From an uncultured Candidatus Bathyarchaeia archaeon (GTDB taxonomy: Archaea > Thermoproteota > Bathyarchaeia > Bathyarchaeales > Bathyarchaeaceae), in the NCBI GenBank assembly GCA_964399485.1, contig CAYNQS010000007.1, forward strand, positions 12,662 to 76,661: DNA of 64,000 bases, read 5' to 3'. A program made the translations under genes and the position numbers. This document shows positions 36,563-45,074 of this stretch, in pieces; the stretch's first letter is position 1; every line of letters begins with the position of its first letter. A model generated the notes under the pieces. It did no database searches. It was not told the origin of the DNA and saw only the letters and a list, made by a program, of their open reading frames with translations.

Positions 36563-37504
36563 TCAGGGGTAAATGTTGTCGAATATTCTTGGGAACGTAG
36601 AAGCTTCTCTAATATGTTTGAGCTTGCAGATCCATTGTATCAATCTTTCTAGACCTATCGCAAATCCCGCCTGAGGAATAGGACCGTGTTGCCTAAGATC
36701 CATATACCACTGTTGATCCTCTGGTTCTATCTTCTCCTCCGTCATCCTTTTCAGCAACACCTCTTTTTTGTCTATCATTTGACCCCCTCCTGCAATCTCT
36801 CCATAACCTCTTGGGGCAAGCAAGTCTACAGATAATGTTAGTTCTGGCCTTTGTGGATTAGATTTGTAGAAGAACGTCTGGATACTAACTGGAAAATTTG
36901 TAATAAAGAATGGTTGATCAAATCGTTGACTAATTTTTTTCTCCATTTCCCAAGTTAGCTCTTCTCCCCAAAAGATGTTATTTCCATCCTCTTGCAACAT
37001 TTCGATGGCCTCATCATAGGTTAACCGTGGCAAAGGAGCCTTCACTTTCATGGTATCTTTAGCATTACGACGCAATAACTTCAACTCCTCTTTCGCATCT
37101 TTGGATAAACTTTGGCAGATGTGAGCCACCAACTCCTCCTGAACCCTTATTATGTCATTAAAACCACACTTAGCAGCCGCTTCAATCCGCCAATATTCTG
37201 TTAAATGTCGTTTTGTCCTCAATTTTTCTGCTCTAAAGGCAGGGGCAATCGTATAGACTTTTCCTAAACTAGCAACAAAAGCATCTGCGTAGGGGTGAAG
37301 TCCTTGTGTAAGGTAAGCTTTTTTGTCAAAATATTTCACCTCAAAATAGCCGGCCCATTCTCCAACGGCGGGAATTAGTGTTGGTCCATGAACTTCTGTA
37401 AAACCTTGGTTATTGAACCAACATCGGGCTGAATTAACCACTTTAGCTCTGACTTTTAGTACCGCTCTTTTTTTCTGATCCTGCAAATTGTGAGTAGAAA
37501 ACAT
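36563..37504 (-). CDS. Class II aaRS catalytic-core paralogue lacking an anticodon-binding domain (archaeal AsnA-type asparagine synthetase-like)
   Basis: ..FRAEKLRTKRHLTEYWRIEAA.. (motif 2), ..GGGQMI.. and ..GFAIGLERL.. (motif 3). Only 313 aa. Confidence 0.7.
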   Translation of the reverse strand: MFSTHNLQDQKKRAVLKVRAKVVNSARCWFNNQGFTEVHGPTLIPAVGEWAGYFEVKYFDKKAYLTQGLHPYADAFVASLGKVYTIAPAFRAEKLRTKRHLTEYWRIEAAAKCGFNDIIRVQEELVAHICQSLSKDAKEELKLLRRNAKDTMKVKAPLPRLTYDEAIEMLQEDGNNIFWGEELTWEMEKKISQRFDQPFFITNFPVSIQTFFYKSNPQRPELTLSVDLLAPRGYGEIAGGGQMIDKKEVLLKRMTEEKIEPEDQQWYMDLRQHGPIPQAGFAIGLERLIQWICKLKHIREASTFPRIFDNIYP

Positions 37505-37976
37505 GAATTATGACAAAAGAAGATGTGTCAAATTAAGTTTACTAAAAACTTTTATCAAATAACCGATACTGGATAACAAGAATCTAGTTGAAAGCAAATT
37601 CATTATTTCTCGAGATATTAGCGTTGACACATGGATCTTTTAGTCTTTATGCACTTTTACCTGCAGGACCTGTTCTACCCATGGGATTAGTTGTGGGGTT
37701 TTCGAAGATATTCAAAAGTTTCTTTCGCGACCTCATCATTTGACTTTTCGGCACTTTCATTTACAAGAGAAACCAAAAAAAATTGCTTTTCTAGTCATCA
37801 GATTCTCATCCTCAGATACGAATTATAAAATTGATACAGAATTTATTTTAACAGATTTACTGTAAACGCATAGAAAGATCCTAATCAGAGCATATATAGA
37901 TCAACAGTAAAACTGACCAGTTCTATACGGAGCTAAATTGTTCAGAATTTCTGTCTCTTTTTAGCCGCTGTGGTAG

Positions 37977-39041
37977 CTATGATTGTGCTGCATCCAAAGG
38001 TGATTGGTCACGCTTTTGTGCGCCGCTAAACTTGCCGATAAACCGAGTTTCGAACACAAAGACGATGGTAAGGTAGATGAACATCCAAGCAATGAAAAAG
38101 AATTCTCCATAGAACTCGTGGAAAAGGTCGGATAATAGTTTACCGCTATTGATTCCTATTATATAAAATGTTACTATTCTGAGGATGTTAACAAAGAATG
38201 TCCCAGCCGCACCTACTGCAACATAGATTATTTTTCGCATCCGGGATATGCTAGTGCCCCTGAGGAACAGCATAATCATAAAGGAATACAGGAAGAGGCT
38301 GTGGCTTCCCGCACAAGACCAAGCAATAATAGCCTCACAGGATCTCCCACCGCCCATACAGGCCTCGAGATATAAGCCCTTTTCGCCTGCTGGCAATATT
38401 TGAGTTGTGTACCCTAAGAGATTCAGGATTGCAGCCACTCCGTAGGTGGTTATGGGAACAAGGGATTGCAGAACAGTGAATGTTCCATTGGGATAGAATG
38501 TATCGATCATGTAGAAGATGCCCACGCCTCCGACAAAAAAGGCTGATACAGAGAATGTCTTCAGTCCCCGAACTCCATACAGAAGCCAAATCGACGCCAC
38601 AAAGAAAACTGCGAAGATAACATACTCGAGAGAGAAAGGCCAAGAATGCGTCAAATACCATGTCTTGCCATCTATAATGGGCACGCCAACGGCTCTTCCC
38701 AATTCCACTATTCCAGAGTGTAAACCGAAGTTTAGTCCCACAGCATAGACTGTTGGCAGAAGCAGGATTACTGCAGCTAACACTGTTTTTTTGGTCCAGA
38801 ATGTGGTGTGCTCAGTTTTGAGGTTTTTCCATCCGAGGATTGCCTCCAAAAAAAGCAGCCAGAGAAAGAGAAAGTATGGTGCTCTGCCCTTCCACAGATA
38901 ATCGAAGGAGCCAGAGTCTATGACGTAAAGAATAATCAGTGGCACAATGAACGCTGCGAAAACGAGAACAGTCTTCAAAAAAAAGTAACGGTCAATTTCG
39001 GATAGAAGCCTCTTTAGCTGTTCTTTTGATGGGATTATCAT
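37977..39041 (-). CDS. Exosortase/archaeosortase-family polytopic membrane protein
   Basis: ..AWSCAGSHSLFLY.. (Cys motif), ..FFVNILRIV.. (Arg motif) and ..HEFYGEFF.. (His), in the expected order within a multi-TM protein. Confidence 0.6.
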   Translation of the reverse strand: MIIPSKEQLKRLLSEIDRYFFLKTVLVFAAFIVPLIILYVIDSGSFDYLWKGRAPYFLFLWLLFLEAILGWKNLKTEHTTFWTKKTVLAAVILLLPTVYAVGLNFGLHSGIVELGRAVGVPIIDGKTWYLTHSWPFSLEYVIFAVFFVASIWLLYGVRGLKTFSVSAFFVGGVGIFYMIDTFYPNGTFTVLQSLVPITTYGVAAILNLLGYTTQILPAGEKGLYLEACMGGGRSCEAIIAWSCAGSHSLFLYSFMIMLFLRGTSISRMRKIIYVAVGAAGTFFVNILRIVTFYIIGINSGKLLSDLFHEFYGEFFFIAWMFIYLTIVFVFETRFIGKFSGAQKRDQSPLDAAQS

Positions 39042-39113
39042 GGCGATTGCGCCTTACCGAATATGGATATTGGCACCTGTGTGTAGAGAATACCCTTACC
39101 CATTCGCAGTAAA

Positions 39114-39524
39114 TTAAATTGTCTGTTCCTTGAAATTAAGGGATACCGAGTTTATGCAATAACGTTGACCTGATGGTGTGGGGCTGTCATCGAAGACGTG
39201 TCCAAGGTGTCCGCCACACTTATTGCATGTTACCTCGGTTCTGTGCATTCCGAAGCGGTTATCAACCTTTTCTTCGACACTATCCTTGGAGACCGGAGTC
39301 CAGAAACTAGGCCAGCCTGTGCCAGAATCAAACTTTGTTTCTGAACTAAACAGTGGATTTCCGCAGCCAGCGCATACGTAGGTGCCATTTTCCTTGTTTT
39401 TCAGATATTTTCCAGAGAATGCGGGTTCAGTTCCCTTTTCTCTCAGCACATGATACTCTTCTGGAGAAAGAAGCTTTTTCCACTTATCTTCTGTTTTGGT
39501 TACTTTTGATTCGATGGCTTTCAC
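39114..39524 (-). CDS. msrB: Peptide-methionine (R)-S-oxide reductase
   Basis: [32 protein letters not shown]. Confidence 0.9.
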   Translation of the reverse strand: MKAIESKVTKTEDKWKKLLSPEEYHVLREKGTEPAFSGKYLKNKENGTYVCAGCGNPLFSSETKFDSGTGWPSFWTPVSKDSVEEKVDNRFGMHRTEVTCNKCGGHLGHVFDDSPTPSGQRYCINSVSLNFKEQTI

Positions 39525-39539
39525 CTCCTTGAAGATGTT

Positions 39540-40130
39540 TTAATCAGAAGCAACAATGTGGATGACTACATCAAATCTTGTAATTTCATTTTCGACAAGA
39601 TAGTTAATGAAGGCGTTAGAAGAAGAGGCTGATAAAGTCATTGTCACAGGGATAATTTCCCTAGGGTTGAGAATTGTCTCATTATAGTCCCAAGATATTG
39701 TTAGGTAATCTGAAATTTCCACGGGATTCCAATCCGTTACGGACATGTTTAATGTTACTCTGATGTTACTCACACTTTTGACATACAAGGTAGTGTTAAC
39801 TTGATTCATCTTAACTTCATCCCCTTCCAGTTTTTGTATCTGAATTTCGTTCCAAGTCAGGTTTTCTCTTCTGTTTTCGCCATTTTGATCCCAATAGGTC
39901 TCAACTCCAATTGTCTTTATGGTTCCAAGACTTGGCAAGTAAACTTCATCATCAGAATGACTTAACATAATAGCAACCAAAGAGCTAATAGCGACCGATA
40001 CCACGGCAACAATTGCCACCAAAACTAGTGTTTTATATGAAGCCTTTAAGAAGCAACCAAAGGAGTGGAGTCGAGCCACGATTTTTTCAAAAGCATCCTG
40101 TATCTTTTTTAACCCATTAGAGCCATTCAT
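39540..40130 (-). CDS. N-terminally anchored extracytoplasmic beta-rich protein, unknown function
   Basis: A single TM (LVLVAIVAVVSVAISSLVAIML) followed by a soluble domain. No C-terminal sorting signal. Confidence 0.5.
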   Translation of the reverse strand: MNGSNGLKKIQDAFEKIVARLHSFGCFLKASYKTLVLVAIVAVVSVAISSLVAIMLSHSDDEVYLPSLGTIKTIGVETYWDQNGENRRENLTWNEIQIQKLEGDEVKMNQVNTTLYVKSVSNIRVTLNMSVTDWNPVEISDYLTISWDYNETILNPREIIPVTMTLSASSSNAFINYLVENEITRFDVVIHIVASD

Positions 40131-40441
40131 TGAAACCGTCTACCTAATACCAGTCAAAGTGTTGCAAATGAGTGCATTCATAATCTGGTAATAAAAATAC
40201 GTTTTCTAGGTGATAAAGATTTGTGGCAAGCGCGTACAGGAATCAGACTAAGCTACAAGAACTGCCAGCGTTGACGCATCAGCTAGGATATTGCAAAAAA
40301 GGTACTTTCGTAACAATTTACCAGATAACATGTTTTTATTTCGGTTTGAACATTAATTGTTATGCCGGATGACGAAAAGGCATTAGCTTGACGTTCCAGG
40401 ATGAAATTTCAGAGTTACTCTGACGGCACATCTGCGTCTTT

Positions 40442-40612
40442 TCAGCTCTCTCTATACACGAGCATCGTCCACATCAGAACTATGCCAGTCAATGATTGCA
40501 ATCCGACAAAACCGAAGTTTAGAGGAAACTGAGTTACCGCAAATATCCAGATGGAAAAGACTGACCACATAATTGCGAGCCACAGAAGCAAGATTTTGTT
40601 TGAAAGCCTCAT
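40442..40612 (-). CDS. Possible 56-aa two-TM peptide
   Basis: Own reading: MRLSNKILLLWLAIMWSVFSIWIFAVTQFPLNFGFVGLQSLTGIVLMWTMLVYRES. Below the ORF-track cut-off, with no other support. Confidence 0.25.
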   Translation of the reverse strand: MRLSNKILLLWLAIMWSVFSIWIFAVTQFPLNFGFVGLQSLTGIVLMWTMLVYRES

Positions 40613-40745
40613 TGTTCATCTTTTGTCACCTTGTCTTCGTTGAATACAAAAAGACTATGAACAGAAAATACTAACCCTGAATATTGATTGCAAAAAAGGC
40701 TTTCACGGAAACCAAAAAACAGGTTTCCGTGGTACGTCTATGTTT

Positions 40746-41642
40746 TTAGGCTAGTTTTCTTGCTATTTCATAGGCGACCTTGTAATCTACTATGCCACTT
40801 GGAGACTCCACTGCCCGCTTAAACATCTCGCCTTCAATCTGAATTTTAAGCGGACCTATCGCTAGGGCGCCTATTCCAAATTTGCCGGGAGTAAACTCCT
40901 TACCTTTATGGGTGGCTTTCAAGCCCTCAATACCCAAAGGCGGAACAGCGTTGATGTCTCCAAGCACCTTAACTTTCTTTCCATACTTCTCAAGTATGCT
41001 CAGAGGCAAAAGCTGAATACCTGCAGCGCCACACGCCAAAACTACGTCAGCATCTTTTATGGCTTCGCCAATCTCCTCAGGAGTACCTGCTTGGGCACCA
41101 CACACCTGTTTTGTTCCCAGTTCCTCGTTGATTTTGTCTGCAGCAGCCGTTGCTCGGTCTAGCTTACGTGAGGTGAGAACAACGTTTCCCCCCTCGCTGG
41201 CATATAATTTTGCTGCAACCACTCCGACCGGTCCAGTTCCTGCCAGAATTGCCGCAGTCTTTCCTTTGAAGTCTCCAAATCCTTTTTCCTTGAAGAGTTT
41301 CATGGTTTTCGCTACTGCAGAGGACGCAGTTGTGTATGCTCCTCTTGGGTCTATGATTACGGATAGCTCAAATGGCGGAAACATGGACTTCTTCACAACT
41401 TCTAGGATTCCAAGGGCTTTTTCAACATCTTGACCGCCTATGAACACGTTAGTGTGTTTTGCTCCTTCAGGTCCTCGAGGAAACATGGCATCTTGGATCA
41501 GTCGTTTTGCGTCAATGATTTCAACATTACTATAGTTAATTATCTGTGCGTCTGGGTAAAGATCGATGGCAACCAACATATCAAAGGGGCTTGCGTATTT
41601 GTCTGTGTCCAAAAATATTATAACATCTTTTCGGCTTGACAA
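40746..41642 (-). CDS. NAD(P)-dependent methylene-tetrahydromethanopterin dehydrogenase, MtdA/MtdB-like
   Basis: Collinear with methylotroph MtdA as I recall it: N-terminal ..IIFLDTDKYASPFD.. against ..LLFQFDTDATPSVFD.., GKTAAILAGTGPVGVVAAKL..VVLTSRKLDRATAAADKIN and ..NAVPPLGIEG... 298 aa; TTG start. Confidence 0.8.
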   Translation of the reverse strand: MSSRKDVIIFLDTDKYASPFDMLVAIDLYPDAQIINYSNVEIIDAKRLIQDAMFPRGPEGAKHTNVFIGGQDVEKALGILEVVKKSMFPPFELSVIIDPRGAYTTASSAVAKTMKLFKEKGFGDFKGKTAAILAGTGPVGVVAAKLYASEGGNVVLTSRKLDRATAAADKINEELGTKQVCGAQAGTPEEIGEAIKDADVVLACGAAGIQLLPLSILEKYGKKVKVLGDINAVPPLGIEGLKATHKGKEFTPGKFGIGALAIGPLKIQIEGEMFKRAVESPSGIVDYKVAYEIARKLA

Positions 41643-41793
41643 AGGCTACTAACCTCACAATTTTTGTGAGAGGTATTTTCATGGAGTGTAATTTATGTGT
41701 TTTGCAAGTGCGACTATCAACGTTAAAACAAGTAAACCAAATGAAATATAACATACAACTAAGCCCATGTAATCAGGAAACTGGGTGACGTTT

Positions 41794-43044
41794 TTGCTCA
41801 AACTCTACAACACGTTAACCCGAAAGCTCGAGATTTTCAAGCCCCTAGAAGAGGGAAAAGTAAAGATGTTCACCTGTGGACCGTCCATCTACCAGTTGCC
41901 ACACATCGGCAACTATCGCACCTTTGTCTTTGAGGACATCCTTCAACGTTACCTTGAATATCTCAGCTATAAAGTGGAGCGAGTTTTGAACGTCACTGAT
42001 GTGGAGGACAAAGCCTTAGCTGAGGCTGAGAAACAAAACATAAACCTAAAAGAACTAACAGACAGAAACCTCGAAACCTTCATCAGTGAACTGAAACAGC
42101 TGAACGTCAAGATTCCCGACTATTTGCCACAGTCTTCAACCAGCGTTGACCAAGCTGTCCATCTTATCGAGATTCTGCTGGAGAAGGGTTACGCCTACCG
42201 TTACACCCACAAGGGACGCAAAAACATCTACTATGACCCCTTGAAGTTTGACGGATTCGGCAGACTCTTCGGGTTAGATATGAGCAAGTGGCCTAAGAAA
42301 AAACGGCGTTTCCACAGAGACACCTACACTGGCAACAGGTGGAACAGAGGCGACTTCATCTTATGGCACGGCTACAAAGAGGGCGACAAAGTTTACTGGG
42401 ACACAAGAATAGGCAAGGGCAGACCCTCATGGAACATTCAAGACCCCGCTATGATGCCGAAAAGTTTCGACTTCAATGCAGACATCTGGTGCAGCGGAAT
42501 CGACAGCACTTATCGCCATCACGACTATATTATTGCCGTGGTTGAGGCAGTAACAGGTAAACCTTTTGTTTGCTGCTGGCTCCATGCAGCCCACCTCTTG
42601 TTAGAGGGAGAAAAGATGTCTAAGCGTAAAGGCAATATAGAATATCCGGCGGGTCTCTTGGAAGCCGAATGTATATGGAATCATATTCGGTTCTTCTTTA
42701 TTTATGGTCACTATAGACGAAAACTGAACTTTACATTCAAAAAGTACACCCAAGTCTGTCGTCTACTTAAGAGTTTGCGGGATTTGGTGAAGAACTTCAG
42801 TGTTGCTGAAGGCGGTGAACAAAAATCTAGCCTCAAAGCAAAGAAATTGGTTAAACAGATAAAGACCGATTTTGAGGAGAACATGAACAATGATCTTCAG
42901 GTTAAGGCTGCATTCGATTCGGTGTGTAAGATAGTTTCAAGATTGGTTAAACTTAAAGAAAAGCAAATGTTAAGTGCTGAGGATTCGAAGGAGGCTTTAG
43001 CGAAACTCAAAGACATCGATTATGTTCTGCAAGCCATTTTCTAA
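41794..43044 (+). CDS. Cysteinyl-tRNA-synthetase-like class I enzyme (short and divergent)
   Basis: (M)LKLYNTLTRKLEIFKP..CGPSIYQLPHIGNYRTF (HIGH)..KMSKRKGN (KMSKS). See the finding on altered Zn-ligand positions. Confidence 0.8.
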   Translation: MLKLYNTLTRKLEIFKPLEEGKVKMFTCGPSIYQLPHIGNYRTFVFEDILQRYLEYLSYKVERVLNVTDVEDKALAEAEKQNINLKELTDRNLETFISELKQLNVKIPDYLPQSSTSVDQAVHLIEILLEKGYAYRYTHKGRKNIYYDPLKFDGFGRLFGLDMSKWPKKKRRFHRDTYTGNRWNRGDFILWHGYKEGDKVYWDTRIGKGRPSWNIQDPAMMPKSFDFNADIWCSGIDSTYRHHDYIIAVVEAVTGKPFVCCWLHAAHLLLEGEKMSKRKGNIEYPAGLLEAECIWNHIRFFFIYGHYRRKLNFTFKKYTQVCRLLKSLRDLVKNFSVAEGGEQKSSLKAKKLVKQIKTDFEENMNNDLQVKAAFDSVCKIVSRLVKLKEKQMLSAEDSKEALAKLKDIDYVLQAIF

Positions 43045-43056
43045 AAAGGAGGCTTA

Positions 43057-44142
43057 TTGAAGGTGGCTAAAAAGAGGAGCCGGACAATCTTTCATGTTGA
43101 TATGGATCAATTTTTCGCTGCCGTAGAAGAGAGAAAATGCCCTGAAATCAGAGGTAAACCAGTTGTTGTAGGAGCCGACCCAAAAGAAGGCACAGGAAGA
43201 GGCGTAGTCAGCACCTGCAACTATGAAGCACGAAAGTACGGCGTTAAATCAGGTATGCCCATAGCAAGAGCATGGCGGTTATGTCCCAACGCCGTTTACC
43301 TCCCCGTTAACTACAGTCTATACCAGAAAGTTTCTACTCAAATCATGGCGATTCTGAGGAGTCACGTGGACAAGTTTGAGCGTTGGGGATTAGATGAAGC
43401 CTTCTTGGATGTGACCTCTCAGGTCAAAAACTTTGAGGAAGCAGAGAAACTGGCGCAGAAAATCAAAAAAGAGATTTACGAAAAAGAAAGACTGACCTGC
43501 TCCATAGGTGTTGGACCGAACAAGCTTGTGGCTAAGATAGGCAGCGACTTCGAGAAACCGGACGGCTTAACAGTTGTCAGAGAAGAGGATGCCAAAGCAT
43601 TTCTGGCGCCTCTGCGGGTGCGTAGGCTGTTATGGGTTGGCAGAAAAACAGAGGACAGACTCAACAAGATGGGAATCAAAACTATCGGCGATTTGGCAGA
43701 TTATGATGCGTCTGTTTTGGCGGAAAAGTTTGGTGCTGCGGGCGCTCAGTTGTATCTTTCAGCGCAGGGAATCGACAACAGTGAGGTTCAGGAACGGTGG
43801 GAACGCAAGTCTATGAGCCGAGAAATAACCTTCGAGGAGGACACATCCGATTATGCCCTTATTTTTGATACTTTGGATGCCATCTCAGAAGATTTGCATC
43901 AAGAACTTACGGCTTCCAATTTCACTTTCAAGACAACTACGGTGAAAATAAGATACGAAAACTTTGAAACCCACACCCACGGCAAGACTCTGCCCTTCTT
44001 CACAGACCGACTGAAAGACATCAAGAAGAGCGCCAGAGACCTTGTGCAAGATTATTTGCGTCCTGACAGAAAAATCCGTTTGATAGGCGTTAAACTCTCA
44101 AGCCTGCTCTCAACAGAGAAGCAGAAGAGGCTAACTGATTAG
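43057..44142 (+). CDS. dinB: Y-family DNA polymerase IV (Dpo4/DinB)
   Basis: IFHVDMDQFFAAVEE..VVSTCNYEARKYGV..LDEAFLDV... AGGAGG Shine-Dalgarno plus TTG start, 12 nt after the CysRS-like stop. Confidence 0.9.
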   Translation: MKVAKKRSRTIFHVDMDQFFAAVEERKCPEIRGKPVVVGADPKEGTGRGVVSTCNYEARKYGVKSGMPIARAWRLCPNAVYLPVNYSLYQKVSTQIMAILRSHVDKFERWGLDEAFLDVTSQVKNFEEAEKLAQKIKKEIYEKERLTCSIGVGPNKLVAKIGSDFEKPDGLTVVREEDAKAFLAPLRVRRLLWVGRKTEDRLNKMGIKTIGDLADYDASVLAEKFGAAGAQLYLSAQGIDNSEVQERWERKSMSREITFEEDTSDYALIFDTLDAISEDLHQELTASNFTFKTTTVKIRYENFETHTHGKTLPFFTDRLKDIKKSARDLVQDYLRPDRKIRLIGVKLSSLLSTEKQKRLTD

Positions 44143-44193
44143 CATTCTTTTCTCAAGTTTTATATCATATGACCTTCTATTGAATAAATAACA

Positions 44194-44559
44194 GTGAGGG
44201 GCGAGGTTTTGAGTGAAAGATGGATTCAAGTTTCTGAGAGGATTATTGAACAGTTAAACCGTCTTGAGGATGTTGAAGACAAAGACCGTTTAGAGCTAGT
44301 TAGGTCCCTTCGTTTTGTGTTGGGCGTATTACAGAGAAGTTTGCTTGGCTGGACGCAGTGGGTGAACAACCCGGACGTTATGACTATTTTCTCGCAAAAA
44401 GATTTGGAGAAGATGACAAAAAAGCTAGCCGAGTTCACCCGTTCCTTCGTGAAATACGACTTAGAGATGACCAGTCTAGGAGTCAAGAAAGGCTTAAAAG
44501 CTTCGAAAAAAGTCGAGAAGAAAAAGAGGGCAGAGAGAACAGAAAGATTCTACGTGTGA
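44194..44559 (+). CDS. Hypothetical helical protein
   Basis: 121-aa ORF; no motif recognised. Confidence 0.45.
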   Translation: MRGEVLSERWIQVSERIIEQLNRLEDVEDKDRLELVRSLRFVLGVLQRSLLGWTQWVNNPDVMTIFSQKDLEKMTKKLAEFTRSFVKYDLEMTSLGVKKGLKASKKVEKKKRAERTERFYV

Positions 44560-44672
44560 AACTAACATAACACTTGCCTTTGATGCTGCCGTTATGATTT
44601 TTGGCAATAACGGGGAAAAACCAGTAACGTTAATAGGATGCTATAGGAAGTAACTTTTTCAAAGTGAGGACG

Positions 44673-45071
44673 ATGCCAAAGTTGAATGTCCTAGTTTTAA
44701 CGGGTCGCACTATTGACCAAGGCAGAGGAAAAGAAATGGGAAAACTTTCGGACGTCTACTTGAAAGATGTGACCCAATGCCAAATCGACCCAGAAGATAT
44801 GAAGACACTCAACCTGAGACAAAACGCCAACGTTAAAGTCACAACAAAGTCTGGTAGTGTTGTTCTAAGAGCCGTCAAATCGCTTAGGGGCCCTCATCCC
44901 AACATGATTTTTATTGCCTACGGTCCTTGGGCAAGCATGATCTCTGACCCCGAAAGCCATGGAACAGGTATGCCCTCATTAAAGGGGATGTCTGGAACGC
45001 TTGAACCTGCACCTGACGAAAAAGTGTTAACTATACAGGAGCTAGTCAATCAACTCAAAATGGAGGCTTAG
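44673..45071 (+). CDS. fwdD: Formylmethanofuran dehydrogenase subunit D
   Basis: MPKLNVLVLTGRTIDQG..; small molybdopterin-dinucleotide-binding beta-barrel-type protein heading the fwd cluster. Confidence 0.85.
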   Translation: MPKLNVLVLTGRTIDQGRGKEMGKLSDVYLKDVTQCQIDPEDMKTLNLRQNANVKVTTKSGSVVLRAVKSLRGPHPNMIFIAYGPWASMISDPESHGTGMPSLKGMSGTLEPAPDEKVLTIQELVNQLKMEA

Positions 45072-45074
45072 AAA

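Noticed and set aside
37505-37976. Short ORFs (19-30 aa) in the 470-bp gap, for example MMRSRKKLLNIFENPTTNPMGRTGPAGKSA on the minus strand
   Set aside because: They have no convincing RBS and no supporting repeat or homology that I can see. The gap is more likely degraded sequence at the edge of the accessory patch.
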